From NCBI GenBank assembly GCA_009914755.4, contig CP086569.2, positions 21,280,001 through 21,344,000 of the forward strand: a DNA stretch of 64,000 bases. The letters are read 5' to 3'. Positions 41,901-59,787 of this stretch are shown piece by piece; the first letter of the stretch is position 1, and each line of letters opens with the position of its first letter. The notes under the pieces are model-generated. The model was given only the letters and a program-made list of their open reading frames with translations. It did no database searches and was not told the origin of the DNA. A program made the translations under genes and the position numbers. The stretch comes from the human T2T-CHM13v2.0 reference genome, Homo sapiens.

Positions 41901-44439
41901 GTGTGTGTTTGCACTTCAGAGGTTTTGATTTTAAATTTTAGAATTTTAGAACATATAAAATTAAATATATAGATTATAGAAATAGAATCAAGCTTAGAAT
42001 ATTTTTGAGCTGCTGTAAAACATATTTATGCTTTATGTTAAATATATGTAGAGAACTGTCTAAATTTCAAACAAAATACAAAGTTGCTTCATGAAGTAAA
42101 ATTTTACACTATCGAAGCACATATTGCTCCTGAGGGAGGGCACTCTACGTAAATTAAGGGTAGTCCAACTATAAAGTGTTAATCAGGTATACAGTAGTGT
42201 ATAGTAATGTTATGGACATTCACCTTTTCTCATTATTTACTTTGTTTGTCTCCCAGAGAACATACTGTCTTGCAGACTTAATTTATTATGAAAGCCCCAC
42301 ATAGGAATGCTATAAGTTAAGTCTTCCACATTATTTTAAGTGTACTCATTTATACTTACTTATGTTTAGTTACAAAGCCACGTTCCATTGTGTTATAACT
42401 GCCTACAATATTTAGTAGACTAGCATGGTATATAAGTTTGTAGCTTAACAACCAATGGCTACACAATGCATCATAGGTTTGTTGGCTATCACTTCTTGGT
42501 TTGTGAAAAATGCTATCCAAATGAAATATTTCCTTTAGTATGTGCTAGACTTCTCTTTTCTGTCTCTCATGGTTTGAAATAGATCTTATCTCTTCCTTTA
42601 TGGTGTTTAAGAGTTTTGCTATAAACATACACGTGCATGTGTCTTTATAGCAGCATGATTTATAATCTTTTGGGTATATATATACCCAGTAATGGGATGG
42701 CTGGGTCAAATGGTATTTCTGGTTCTAGATCCCTGAGGAATCGCCACACTGACTTCCGCAATGGTTGAACTAGTTTACATATATTTAACAAACCTGCAGA
42801 TTGTGCACATTTACCCAAAAACTTAAAGTATAATTTAAAAAAAAGAAAAAAAGAAAAAAGTTTTGCTGCAGGCTACAGCAATGTTGCTAAGCAAAATGAG
42901 CATTTGTCTTACTTAGCTGCCAAACATGCAAATCAGACCAACTGTTTTTAGAAGTACTGTCTCTGTCTCCACCCCAACAGCCACAGGCATGCATGGCTCA
43001 AGATATATTTTCTTACACTTTTCCCTTTTAGCTAAGTTGCCTAGACATGTCCACAGAATGCAAAGGCCTCACTGAACAGTCATGAAGGGGTGGAGAAGAG
43101 CAGCACCAGTCTCGGCTTCCTTAGCCTCTGCTGTCTTAGCCTGCAGGACCTTAGCCTCTGCTACCTGAGATGAGGGAGGGAGAAAACTGCAGCAGTAGTT
43201 GTGACCACACGGGGCCAACAGACAGATGCTTCTCAGCCATTGCACCCAAAGAATGTTTCTCCCCTGACCAAGGAATCCAACCCTGTCTGAATTGAGGGAA
43301 GGACACAAGGATTAAAGGAACCAGCTTGCACTGAGCAAGGGGTTCCTTCTCCAGGAACTTTTTTTTTTAGTTTAAAGAGTTTTTCTCATTTTCTCCACCT
43401 TTTCTAAGTGAGAGGACTTCCCCTTCCAGCATTCTATTTCTGAAAGGAAAGTTAATGGAGAATTGACCCCTGCTGGCTGATTGACCCCTGCAAGCAAATT
43501 TGGCAGGGCTTCTTTGCAACATTCTAAATGGATACTAACAGCCTTTGAAGTATCATTTTAGTCCCAAATTTGATTTCAAGTTTCAGGCTGAAGCCTTAAA
43601 TAGAAATAACAGATTTCGGTGATCGAAAGCCAGGCAACAGGTACAATACAAATGGGCAGGATCAATTCCTGCTGACTAAATCCTCCACCCCATGGAAGAA
43701 GGCTATGCCCCATGACATAAACAAGCCAAGGAAACACAAAAGTTGTTGACAGCAGGAAGGCATAGGTAAGGGCAGTTAATTCTTATTCTCCAAGTTTTCC
43801 CTGCTTCATGGGGACATATCACATTGGTACCTATGGGAGGCAACTGCAAATGCCATAGGGACTCAGGGATAAAAGGTGGAAGGAAAGGGAGGATGCTTGC
43901 TTTCTCTCTCCATCACACATTGAGTTTTTGCTGAAAAAAAAAAAAGAGGGGCAAATGAGGGACACCTTTATTCTGTATATTTCAGAATGGGCAACCAGTT
44001 TACTTAACCACCCCAGCTCATACTTCTTTGGAGTGTATTCTGAACTATTAGTACTGCCTTGACCTTCAGAATCTTGAGAAAAAAAAACACTTCATAGCAC
44101 TCTGCACAAAGGTTTTGCCAAATTATAATTTATAGCAAAGACTGGCTTGGGCTCAGGAAACAACCGTGTATTTTTCTACCATCTGGCATCTGAAAGTGTT
44201 TTGTAGATGTGAGGATAGATGGTCTGAGGCCCCATATGTGTATGCTTTCTATACCTTGCAAGACAATCCAGACCTTTGGCAACATTGTAGGATTGACCTA
44301 GCCCTCCCTTTTGCCATCTCAGGAAAGGTTGCAAGAGGCAAGACCAGGAAATTAAAAATGAGAGTCCCAAAGGGACTCCCAGCAGCAGAGCCAGGTCCCT
44401 CCAGCCCTGCTGTGCCAAGACCAGCTCGGCTGGGGAGAC

Positions 44440-44905
44440 CCTAACCCAGTGGTGCTAGAGGAATTAAAGACACACACGCAGAAATATAGAGGTGTGAAGT
44501 GGGAAATCAGGGATCTCACAGCCTTCAGAGTTGAGACCCCCAACAGAGATTTACCCACATATTTATTAACAGCAAACAAGTCATTAGCATTGTTTCTACA
44601 GATATTAAATTAACTAGAAGTATCCCTTATGGGAAACGAATGGATGGGCCGAAATAAAGAAATGGGTTGGGCTAGTTAACTGCGGCAGGAACATACCCTT
44701 AAGGCATAAATTGCACATGCTATTGTTTGTGGCTTAAGAATGCCTTTAAGTGGTTTTCCACCCTGGGCAGGCCAGGTGTTCCTTGCCGTCATTCCCGTAA
44801 ACCCAAAACCTTCCAGCTTGGGCGTTAGGGGCCATTATGAACGTGTCACAGTGCTGCAGAGGTTTTGTTTATGGCCAGTTTTGGGGCCAGTTTATGGCTA
44901 GATTT
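44440..44905 (+). mobile_element. unclassified ERV 5' LTR; the exact 5' boundary is uncertain
   Basis: An LTR-like block lies immediately upstream of a PBS-like sequence and internal gag sequence. It contains an AATAAA at ~44652. Confidence 0.35.
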
Positions 44906-44923
44906 TGGGGGGCTTGCTCCCAA
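44906..44923 (+). promoter_or_regulatory. putative primer-binding site resembling tRNA-Pro, decayed
   Basis: 'tggggggcttgctccc' compared with the canonical tRNA-Pro PBS 'tgggggctcgtccggga'. Confidence 0.3.
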
Positions 44924-45202
44924 CACTGCTTCTCTAGGTATCCTCCAACTTCTCCATCCAGCTTCAGCCTTTCACTTGCCCACTTCTAGAAATCCTCTTT
45001 TGAAACAAGCCCCAGTCTCCCTCTTTCCCCTCCAACATACACCCAGTGAATTTGGGCATAGTAAGGTCCAGGTCTTTTTTTTCCTACAGGACTCAGAGCA
45101 AACTGAGGATCTTGGCAGGTTTTCAGATGACCCTGCTAGAGAAATAAATGCTTTCCAAATTTCACTCAAATATTTGAACTCTCCTAGATAGATGTTATGT
45201 TC

Positions 45203-45499
45203 TTTTTTTTTGTTTTGTTTTTTGTTTCTTTTTTTTTTTGGAGACGGGGTCTCGTTCTGGTGCGATATTGGCTCATTGAAAGCTCCACCTCCTAGGTTCA
45301 TGCCATTCTCCTGCCTCAGCCTCCTGAGTAGCTGGGACTACAGGCACTGACCACCATACCTGGCTAACTTTTTGTATTTTTACTAGAGATGGGATTTCAC
45401 CATGTTAGCCAGGATGGTCTTGATCTCCTGACCTCGTGATCTGCCCACCTCGGCCTCCCAAAGTGCTGGGATTACAGGCATGAGCCACTGCACCCGGCC
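45203..45499 (-). mobile_element. Alu (AluS-like) with poly(T) and a target-site duplication 'gatgtta[t/a]gtt'
   Basis: Poly(T) followed by 'ggagacggggtctcgttctggtgcgatattggctcattgaaagctcc...', running to 'tgagccactgcacccggcc'. 'gatgttatgtt' lies to the left and 'gatgttaagtt' to the right. Confidence 0.95.
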
Positions 45500-46958
45500 G
45501 ATGTTAAGTTACTTTTGAATCAGACCCTGATGGACACTGAGAAATAGGGCACTCTGTAAGCAACAGAGAAATTTGAGGATGAGCTTGGCATAACACATAG
45601 CATAAGGGAAGGGGAAAAACATTATCCAACTGGAATAGAAGCAGTACCAATGGATGACCCTAAATGGGATCCCAATGACAAGATGAAAGACTGGAAGAGG
45701 AGACACTTTCAAGTGTGTATAATGAAAGGCTTATGTAGAACTAGTACCAAGCCACTTAATTATACTAAGTTGTCCATGATTGACCAAGGATTTGATAAAC
45801 ATCCCACTGCCTTACTGTTAAGGTAATGGAGCATTGGTAAAGTGCCCCTCTTTATCTCCTAACTTAGTTGAGGGACAACTAGCCCAGACCAATTCTGGTA
45901 TCAGAAGAAGCTACAAAAACAGGTCCTGGATCTGGATAGTACTTTAGAGAACCTCCTGAAATAGCCACCATTGTATTTTATAATAAAAACGGAGAGGCCC
46001 AGAAAAGAGAGAAAAAACAGGAAAGAATAAGAAGACTTAATGGCTGCCAAGTAATCCCCACAAACTTCAGAATTCCCAGGGTGCACCTGGTAACTGTTAA
46101 AGATATGGCAAAAACAGTTATTTATCTTCTAAAGTTTAACTACCTCCATACAAAGTTTAATTTATTTTGTCAGGGTGAAACAACTCAGGTAAAATGTTTC
46201 TGTTAGTACGTTTCACTTCTTATCTCTGTAATCTTTGGCAATAAATTATTTCCTTTTACAATACACATGTTTAACCTATGCATACATAACTGTATAAAAC
46301 GTGTTTCTCTCTGACTTAGCAGCCACAAAATTCCAAATGGTCAGACAATGGGAGCTTCAGATGATGGCTCCACTTACTAGGAACCCTTAGATAGACATCT
46401 GGGAGAAATCTGACTGCTGCTTTCCCTGTCAGCAGGAAGTAGCTTAAGACTGGTGGTCATCCAAATTCTAACAGCAATTAGATGTACCTCTTCAGGAAGG
46501 GCAAATGATATAGGAGAGAGATACGGTAATGCTGGATAGAAAAAATTGGTCTCTGGTGAGGTCTCTCCATCCTCTGGCCTATGGCAATGGACCTAGGTCA
46601 GGACAGGCACTCCTGTTTTTATGCCCAAATATTGCATTTCCCAAGAACACCATGTCCAGCCATGCCCTCCATCCTGTGCCTATAATAACCCTGAGACCCT
46701 AGTGGGCACACACACAAGTGGCTGGATGTTTAGAAGAACACACTAGCAGAAGAACACACAGGTGGCTGGACACTGAGAGGAGCAGAGGAATGGAAGAGCA
46801 CAACAACAGTCACTGGCAGGCCATCAAGATGCAGAAGGACACTAACAATGAAGGAAATTTGGCTGGGGTTGTTGGAGGATAGTTCAGCCACTGAGCAGCC
46901 TGACTCCAGGGGAAAACCACCTTTTCACTGTATCCCCCTTCTGGCTTCCTATTTATCT
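45500..46958 (+). pseudogene. ERV gag remnant with an MHR-like motif in capsid
   Basis: Positions 45776-45823 translate as M-I-D-Q-G-F-D-K-H-P-T-A-L-L-L-R. This fits the retroviral major homology region pattern I-x-Q-G-x-x-E-x-x-x-x-F-x-x-R-L, with E changed to K and F changed to L. Multiple stops and frameshifts are present. Confidence 0.5.
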
Positions 46959-46959
46959 G

Positions 46960-49026
46960 TAGTAATATGGTTTGGCTGTGTCCCCGCCCAAATCTCAACT
47001 TGAATTTTTCTCCCAGAATTCCTATGTATGGTGGGAGGGACCCAGGGGGAGGTAATTGAATCATGGGGTCTTGTCGTCCTGTGTTATTCTCATGATAGTA
47101 AATAAATCTCAGAAGATTTGATGGGCTTATCATGGGTTTCTGCTTATGCTTCTTCCTCATTCTCTCTTGCAGCTACCATGTAAGAAGTGCCTTTCACCTC
47201 CCACTATGATTCTGATGCCTCCCCAGCCATGTGGAACTGGAAGTTTAATTAAACCTCTGTGTCTCTTTCCAGTCTCAGATATGTTTCCTTATTAGCAGCA
47301 TGAAAATGGGCTAATACAGTAAATTGGTACCAGTAGAGTGGGGTGTTGCTGAAAAGATACTCAAAAATGTGGAAGCAGCTTTGGAGCTGGGTATCAGGCT
47401 GAGGTTGGAACAGTTTGGAGGGCTCAGAAGAAGACAAGAAAATGTGGGAAAGTTTGGAACTTCCTAGAGACTTGTTGAATGGCTTTGACAAAAATGCTAA
47501 TAGTGATATAAACAATAAAGTCCAGGCTGAGGTAATCTCAGATGAGATGAGAAACTTGGGAACTGGAGCAAAGGTGACTTGCATTATGTTTTAGCAAAGA
47601 GACTAGTGGAATTTTCCCCCTGCCCTAGAGACGTGAAATTTTGAACTTCAGAGAGATAATTTAGGGTGTCTGGCTGAAGAAATTTCTAAATGACAAAACA
47701 TTCAAAAGGTGACTTGGGTGCTGTTAAAAACATTCCATTTTAAAAGGGAAACAGAGAAAAAAATCAGAAAATTTGCAGACTGATGATGCAGTAAGCCCTT
47801 GGTGCCCTGTGTCCCAGCTGCACCAGACATTGCTAAATGGGGAAAAGGTACAGCTTGATCCATGGTTTCAGAATGTACAAGCCTCAAACCTAGGTAGTTT
47901 CATGTGATGTTGAACCTGCAGGTGCACTGAAGTCAAGAATTGAGGTTTTGGAGCCTAAACCTAGATTTCAGAAGATGTATGAAAACACGTGGATGCCCAG
48001 GAAAAAGTTTGCTTCAGAGGCATGTCCCTCATGGAGAACCTCTGCTATGGCAGTGTGAAAGTGAAACGTAGGGTCAAAGCCCACACACAGAGTCTCTACT
48101 GGGGCACTGCCTAGTAGAGCTGTGAAAAGAGAGCCACTGCCCTCCATATCCCAGAATGGTAAATCCATTGACAGCTTGCACTGTGCACCTGGAAAAGCCA
48201 CAGACACTCAGGGCCAGCCCGTGAAAGCAGCCAGGAGGGAGGCTGTACCCTGCAAAGCCACAGGGGTGGAGGTGCCCGAGACTATGGGAACCCATCTCTT
48301 GCACCTATGTGACCTGGATGGGAGACCTGGAATCAAAGGTGATTATTTTAAAACTTTAAAATGTCACTGCCCTGCTGGATTTCAGACTTCTGTAGGGCCT
48401 GTAACCCATTTGTTTTGGCCAATTTCTCCAATATGGATGACTCTATTTATCCAATACCTGTATCCCCATTGTATCTAGGAAGTAACTAGCTTGCTTAAAA
48501 TTTCACAGGGTCATAGGCAGAAGGAACTTGACTTCTCTCAGATGAGACTTTGGAGTGTGGACTTTTGGGTTAATACTAAAATGACTTAAGACTTTAGGGG
48601 ACTGTTGGGAAAACATAATTGTTGTTGAAATGTGAGAACATGAGATATGGAGGGGCCAGGAGTGGAATGATATGGTTTGGCTGTGTCTTAACTCAAATCT
48701 CAACTTGAATTGTATCTCCCATAATGCCCACATGATGTAGTAGGCACCCAGGGCGATGTAATTGAATCACTGGGGCCAGTCTTTCTTGTGTTATTCTCAT
48801 GCTAGTAAATAAGTCTCAGGAGATCTAATAGGTTTATCAGCGGTTTGCGCTTTTACTTTCTCCTCATTTTCTCTTGCCACCACCATGTAAGAAGTACCTT
48901 TCTCATCCCATCATGATTCTGAAGACTTCCCAGCCATGTGGAACTGTATATCCAATTAAACCTGTTTTTCTTCCCAGTCTTTGGTATGTCTTTATCAAAA
49001 GTATGAAAATGGACTAATAAATGCAG
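46960..49026 (+). mobile_element. THE1-type MaLR element, complete LTR-int-LTR (5' LTR 46960-47319, internal 47320-48667, 3' LTR 48668-49026), nested in the ERV gag
   Basis: Both LTRs begin 'a/gatatggtttggctgtgtc...' and contain '...gggaggtaattgaatca...ccccagccatgtggaact...taattaaacct...ccagtct...gtatgtc...ttatcaaaagtatgaaaatggactaataaatgcag'. The internal part matches THE1-int, for example 'taaattggtaccagtagagtggggtgttgctgaaaagatac...gtttggagggctcagaagaagacaagaaaatgtgggaaagtttggaacttcctagagacttgttgaatgg'. Confidence 0.9.
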
Positions 49027-50030
49027 AGAGCTATATTCATCATTTAAGAAAAACTTGGACTCATTATGCAAGCCCATGTGTGATTCAATTTTTCTACTAC
49101 CTTAGGGGAAGAACTCCAGGACACAGGTCCTCTGTCCTTGCAATAAGGCAGAGGGTCTAATTGACCTGATTTATATGAGTTGCCTACAGGCATAAAACTA
49201 AAAAAGCACACTGTAACACATGCCCACTGGAACTTCAGGAGCTGTAAACATTCACCTTAAGATACTACCATGGGTTGGAAGCCCACACTTCACATGACCT
49301 GCCCATCTGCTTCTTCCCTTAGGGGTTTTGAGTAGCAGGGCACCAAAGAAGTAAGCCGTATCCCCATCACATGCCCTGTAAGGGGGTCAAGGGAACTTTT
49401 TCCATTTCAAAATGAAATAAAATAAGTGGAAAGACCTACCAAAAGAACATGCTGCAACTACACATCAGATAATATATCAAACACTGTGCTTCCTCAACTT
49501 GCAGCATGTTAAGATCATTTGCTTTCCTTAGTTCTATGAGAATATAAATTCAATTATGGGCAGTTTTTACCCAGTTCCATTAAGGTAACTTGTACTTTCA
49601 TGTAAAAACACACATTTGTTTAATTTAGTGGAAAGCTGAATCATTCCTACAGTTGATGTCCAAAATCAACCACAATGCTTGGGGCTTTCTTATCTTCTGG
49701 CAAATATTCTCACCCTCTTTCTCAATCTCTCTCTCAGGTGAATAAACATTAGTGGAATAACTTGTCTCTAGGGCATCTATGTACAGAACATCAACACTAA
49801 CATATACTAGTTCACCTGAGGTTTTAAAAAAGACAAGCAATCAGTACCTCATGAGCCTGTCCACTGCTAACTCCAAGAAAGAGTCCACCTGCAATATTAG
49901 CAACTACACTATTGTCTTCAGGGACATCTGCAGATGGGCACTTGAACTGTCATCTAAGAAAGGAAAAACACTGACCACTTCTGTAAGGAAAGTTGAATTA
50001 CAGTATTCTCCTTTTTTAAGTCTATCTCTC
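49027..50030 (+). mobile_element. continuation of the ERV internal region (probably pro/pol); poorly supported
   Basis: Placed by contiguity with the gag on the other side of the THE1 insertion. No diagnostic motif was read here. Confidence 0.25.
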
Positions 50031-50035
50031 TCTCT

Positions 50036-50276
50036 TTTTTATTTTTTATTTTGTGAGACAGAGTCTCACTCTGTCACCAGGCTGGATTGCAGCCTCCTGA
50101 GTAGCTGGGATTACAGGCACCAACAACCACTCCCAGGTAATATTTGCATTTTTAGTAGAGATGGAGATTCACTGCATTGGCCAGGCTGGTCTCATCTGGT
50201 TCCAGACCTCAGATGATCCTCCCTCCTTGGCCTCCTAAACTGCTGGGATTACAGGCATAAACCACCATGTCTGACC
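50036..50276 (-). mobile_element. Alu with an internal ~60-bp deletion
   Basis: 'gagacagagtctcactctgtcaccaggctggattgcag|cctcctgagtagctgggattacaggc...'. The segment 'tggcgcgatctcggctcactgcaacctccgcctcccgggttcaagcgattctcctgcctcag' is missing. Confidence 0.85.
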
Positions 50277-50726
50277 TTTAATGGATTAATTCAATGTTCT
50301 TGGATAATTGAATGGATGAATTCAAATGTTCTTGGCATTGAAGATAAGGTAGTACCATTCATAATTTAACTACTTGTTTGAAAAACCTTTAGGACACTAA
50401 AGATTATCATGTAAAGTAAATTTTTAGAGATTCTCTGTTTTCTCTAGTTACATTCACTTATCTTTAACTCATCTGTATCTCCAATATTAAATATCTGGAT
50501 CTGTTTTAAGTGTGTCTTTGGAACCACAGTAAGGTTCTCTAGGCCTAAACACACATAAGGTTTTTTTTTTTTTTTCACCCTGTGAAAATGAAGAGTAATG
50601 CAGAGAGAAAAAAATTTCTCTCAGCTTGTTTATGTCATTTAGAGATAAACCAAACAATGCTTTTTATTAGAACATGAATTTCAGGCAGTTTACATCAAAA
50701 TGTAAGGCCAGGCCTCTTTCTAAAAT

Positions 50727-50890
50727 GGGGGGAGGGGGAAGGCTACCATTAGGAGATATACCTAATGTAAATGAAGAGTTAATGGGTGCAGCACACCAAC
50801 ATGATGCCTGTATACATATGTAACAAACCTGCACATGGGCACATGTACCCTAGAACTTAAGGTATAATAAAAACAAAACAAAACAAAAAC
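50727..50890 (+). mobile_element. short L1PA 3'-end fragment
   Basis: 'gggagggggaaggctaccattaggagatatacctaatgtaaatgaagagttaatgggtgcagcacaccaacatg...acatgtaccctagaacttaaggtataataaaaacaaaac'. Confidence 0.85.
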
Positions 50891-51912
50891 TGACTGCTTC
50901 TTTACAACATGTCCATCCAAAGGGGTTATTTTCATGAGAGTTTTTCTTCTTACATATCCAACTATTTAAAATCATTTAATTTTTTTCTCTAGAAGAGAGA
51001 ATGCTGCTTTTTATATACATAGTTTCTGTAGATTATTGCAATTACTATTTCAGTGTACTGGAAAAAAGCATCTATTTTTGTTACTATTCTTAATTACTTA
51101 TTATACTTCTGAGAGCAGAGAGAAGTGCAACATCAATCATAATATTGAACAAAAAAACAATTTGAAGGTTTTAATGCAATATTTCTAGGTCTAAGAAAGG
51201 CCAGGTTAATTGTGGGGTAGGTCTATAAAGGAAATCAAGTGGCGATGCCTTTCTGTACAAGGTACTGACCTGAGTATTATCCTCTCTTTTCCATGGTGCC
51301 ATCACAATTTTATGTTCATATGTAAAATGAAGGTCAAATTTTATAAAAATTTGTACATTCTTAATTACTGCATAAGTACACACTTCAGATTATCCCCATC
51401 TCTACAATTTTTGTTTTGTTTTGTTTCTACAAACTATCGAGTAGGAAAACACAAAGTCCTTTCTTTGAGGAATATTAGGCAATATTGAATATATTAGTCT
51501 ACATCTTTAGCATTTTTTAAAAATTTTCTACCACACCGTAGGTGGCCTCAATTTAGGAGGCTGGAAACCCTTGTCTTTTAAACACAAGATCTAAAAACTG
51601 TTGGTTGACATACGTGGTTCTTTGAGGAAAACGGGATGATATTTGGAACATGTAGGAAATGCCTGTACTCATTAATGATGAAGAGCTTGAGACAATAAGC
51701 TGGCAAAAAGATTATATCTTAAATTTTTAAAGAATCAGGTTGGTCAACAAAGGTGTAACTAAATTTCCTGTTGGCTGAAGCAGAGTGTAAAACACATGGA
51801 TTCTACTGAAAATGAAGGTTCTCAATTGTGTGTAAGCATGTCCCAGATGAAAGGACAAAAACACAAAAAGTAGATAGCTAATTTAGAGTCTCAGATCCTT
51901 TGTATCTGCAAA

Positions 51913-51941
51913 ATATATATATATATATATGAGAGAGAGAA
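51913..51941. repeat. (AT)n(GA)n compound microsatellite
   Basis: 'atatatatatatatatatgagagagaga'. Confidence 0.8.
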
Positions 51942-52482
51942 AAACTCTCAGAAAACCTACAGCAAACTTCTGTGTCACAGCTATGATAATTTGCTTTGTC
52001 ACATTTCCAAAGCATCCCTTTATACCATAGCCCATCAGAAAATTGTCTTTACCAAACCTTTGTTTTATCTGCCAATGGCCTTTCTAGACTTTCCCTGGCT
52101 AAAAAAGACAGGGTGCTATGGCATTGCCAATAGTTTAGGGGCCATGCGGCATTCAGCTTAATGCTGCCCTTGTGCAGATAAAAGAGGGATGGTTCATAAT
52201 AAAATTATATTTTATATTTCTATTTTCTGACTCAGAAGCTAGTGCCTGTTTTTCTTGGCAAAACCATGCACATTGTGCAAGTAAATAATGCTGCTATTCA
52301 TAGACAGGTGTAGTTCTATAATCTCACATCAAAAATAGCCCCAAAACAGAGTCTACTAACCTAGGTAGGAGACTTGGCATAGGTAGAATTACAACTAGGA
52401 TCAGTTGTAACTCTGTTGCAATTATACAACAACTGGGGTCAGTTATAACTGAAATTCTACTACCTATGATAACAATGTGGAA

Positions 52483-52493
52483 AACAGATACTT
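52483..52493. repeat. left target-site duplication of the L1PA ('aaaacagatac')
   Basis: The identical 11-mer recurs at 58623-58633, immediately beyond the L1 5' end. Confidence 0.7.
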
Positions 52494-58614
<6,121 letters not shown>

Positions 58615-58622
58615 AACTGCTA

Positions 58623-58633
58623 AAACAGATACA
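58623..58633. repeat. right target-site duplication of the L1PA ('aaaacagatac')
   Basis: See the left copy at 52483-52493. Confidence 0.7.
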
Positions 58634-59751
58634 TGCTTGCGCAAAATAGCATCACTTGAATTTCTTAGCAGTGGCACTAATGTTAATCTATTCTACAGCC
58701 ATAAAATATTCACGCTGTAGAAGTTGTTTCAGGATGGAAAACCCTTGGCTTTATTAAATATTGAAATATATCTTCATGGCCAGCAGCCATGTGTGAAGCA
58801 GCTGCAACCATCCCAAATATCCAGATCCTGGGCTTGTATTCTCTGCACCACCTCATCTTCACCCCCTTCTGTTGCATCTTGAGCTGGATTCATCTTCTCT
58901 TCTATGTTCCAAAATGGTTGTTTTACTCTGCAGACGGGAACTTTGCATTCTTGCTCCTAATCCAGCATAGTATAGCCATCATTTATCCTGTGGACTGTCT
59001 GCTGTTTGAATAGAACTGTAGGTGAGATGAAAATTTGAGAAACCAGACTGGTTTGCATGTCATGGAGGACACCTGCACTGCCTTGTGCATCTGTACAGTG
59101 TACTCAGATATTCAAATCCATTCCTCTGAGTTATTTGATACATTAAAATTGTCTCTTCTTTTTTGACAAGAGTCTGTTTTGTGGCTTTACTTTTGGTGTC
59201 TTATCCAGGATGGACTGTGACCTGTCTTAGTTTCTCCAAGTTTTTGCAGATGGGCTCATTTTTGCCTGCAAGTGCTATGGTAGAGAGTCTGCTTTTTTGG
59301 CCTGGCCAAGTTTTTATACTGGGAGGTCTTATTTCTTAAATTTGCAGAGTGTTCCAATCTGCCATGTCAACAAAGTTTTGAGACATATAATTCTTATGTT
59401 TGCAGGCATTGATTAAGCCTTTTCCATAGGCTCTGCTCTTGCTGGTAGAAAAGGTCCTGGTTGAAGTTGAGAACTGTGTACTTGCCTGTTGGTTGGATCT
59501 TCTTCTTCTATGCTTGATTGTTGTTCTAGCTTTTTTTATACTTGCGGCTTTCAGGATGGAATTGTGATTTTTCATGATTTGCCAGTAGACCATACTTCTG
59601 GAAATAACAGTTGTGGCCATGGACTATAAATTCTTCCATGGGCAAAGTGACAACAAGTTGCTTGCCAAACTGTCTGGGTGACTCCAATGGTTTAGCAGGG
59701 CTAATGGTCCTCTACGGTGCCCCATGGTTACTGCAGCCAAGTGTCCAGTAT

Positions 59752-59787
59752 AAGGACACCTTGTGGGATAAGGACACCTTGTGGGAT
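59752..59787. repeat. 18-bp perfect direct duplication
   Basis: 'aaggacaccttgtgggat' appears twice in tandem. Confidence 0.85.

Noticed and set aside
43069-43308. A minus ORF with repeated A-E-A-K residues ('gcagaggctaagg' duplicated), which could suggest a coiled-coil coding exon.
   Set aside because: It is explained by a ~30-bp local tandem duplication. The ORF is only 79 aa, lacks splice or promoter context, and has no conservation signal I can see.
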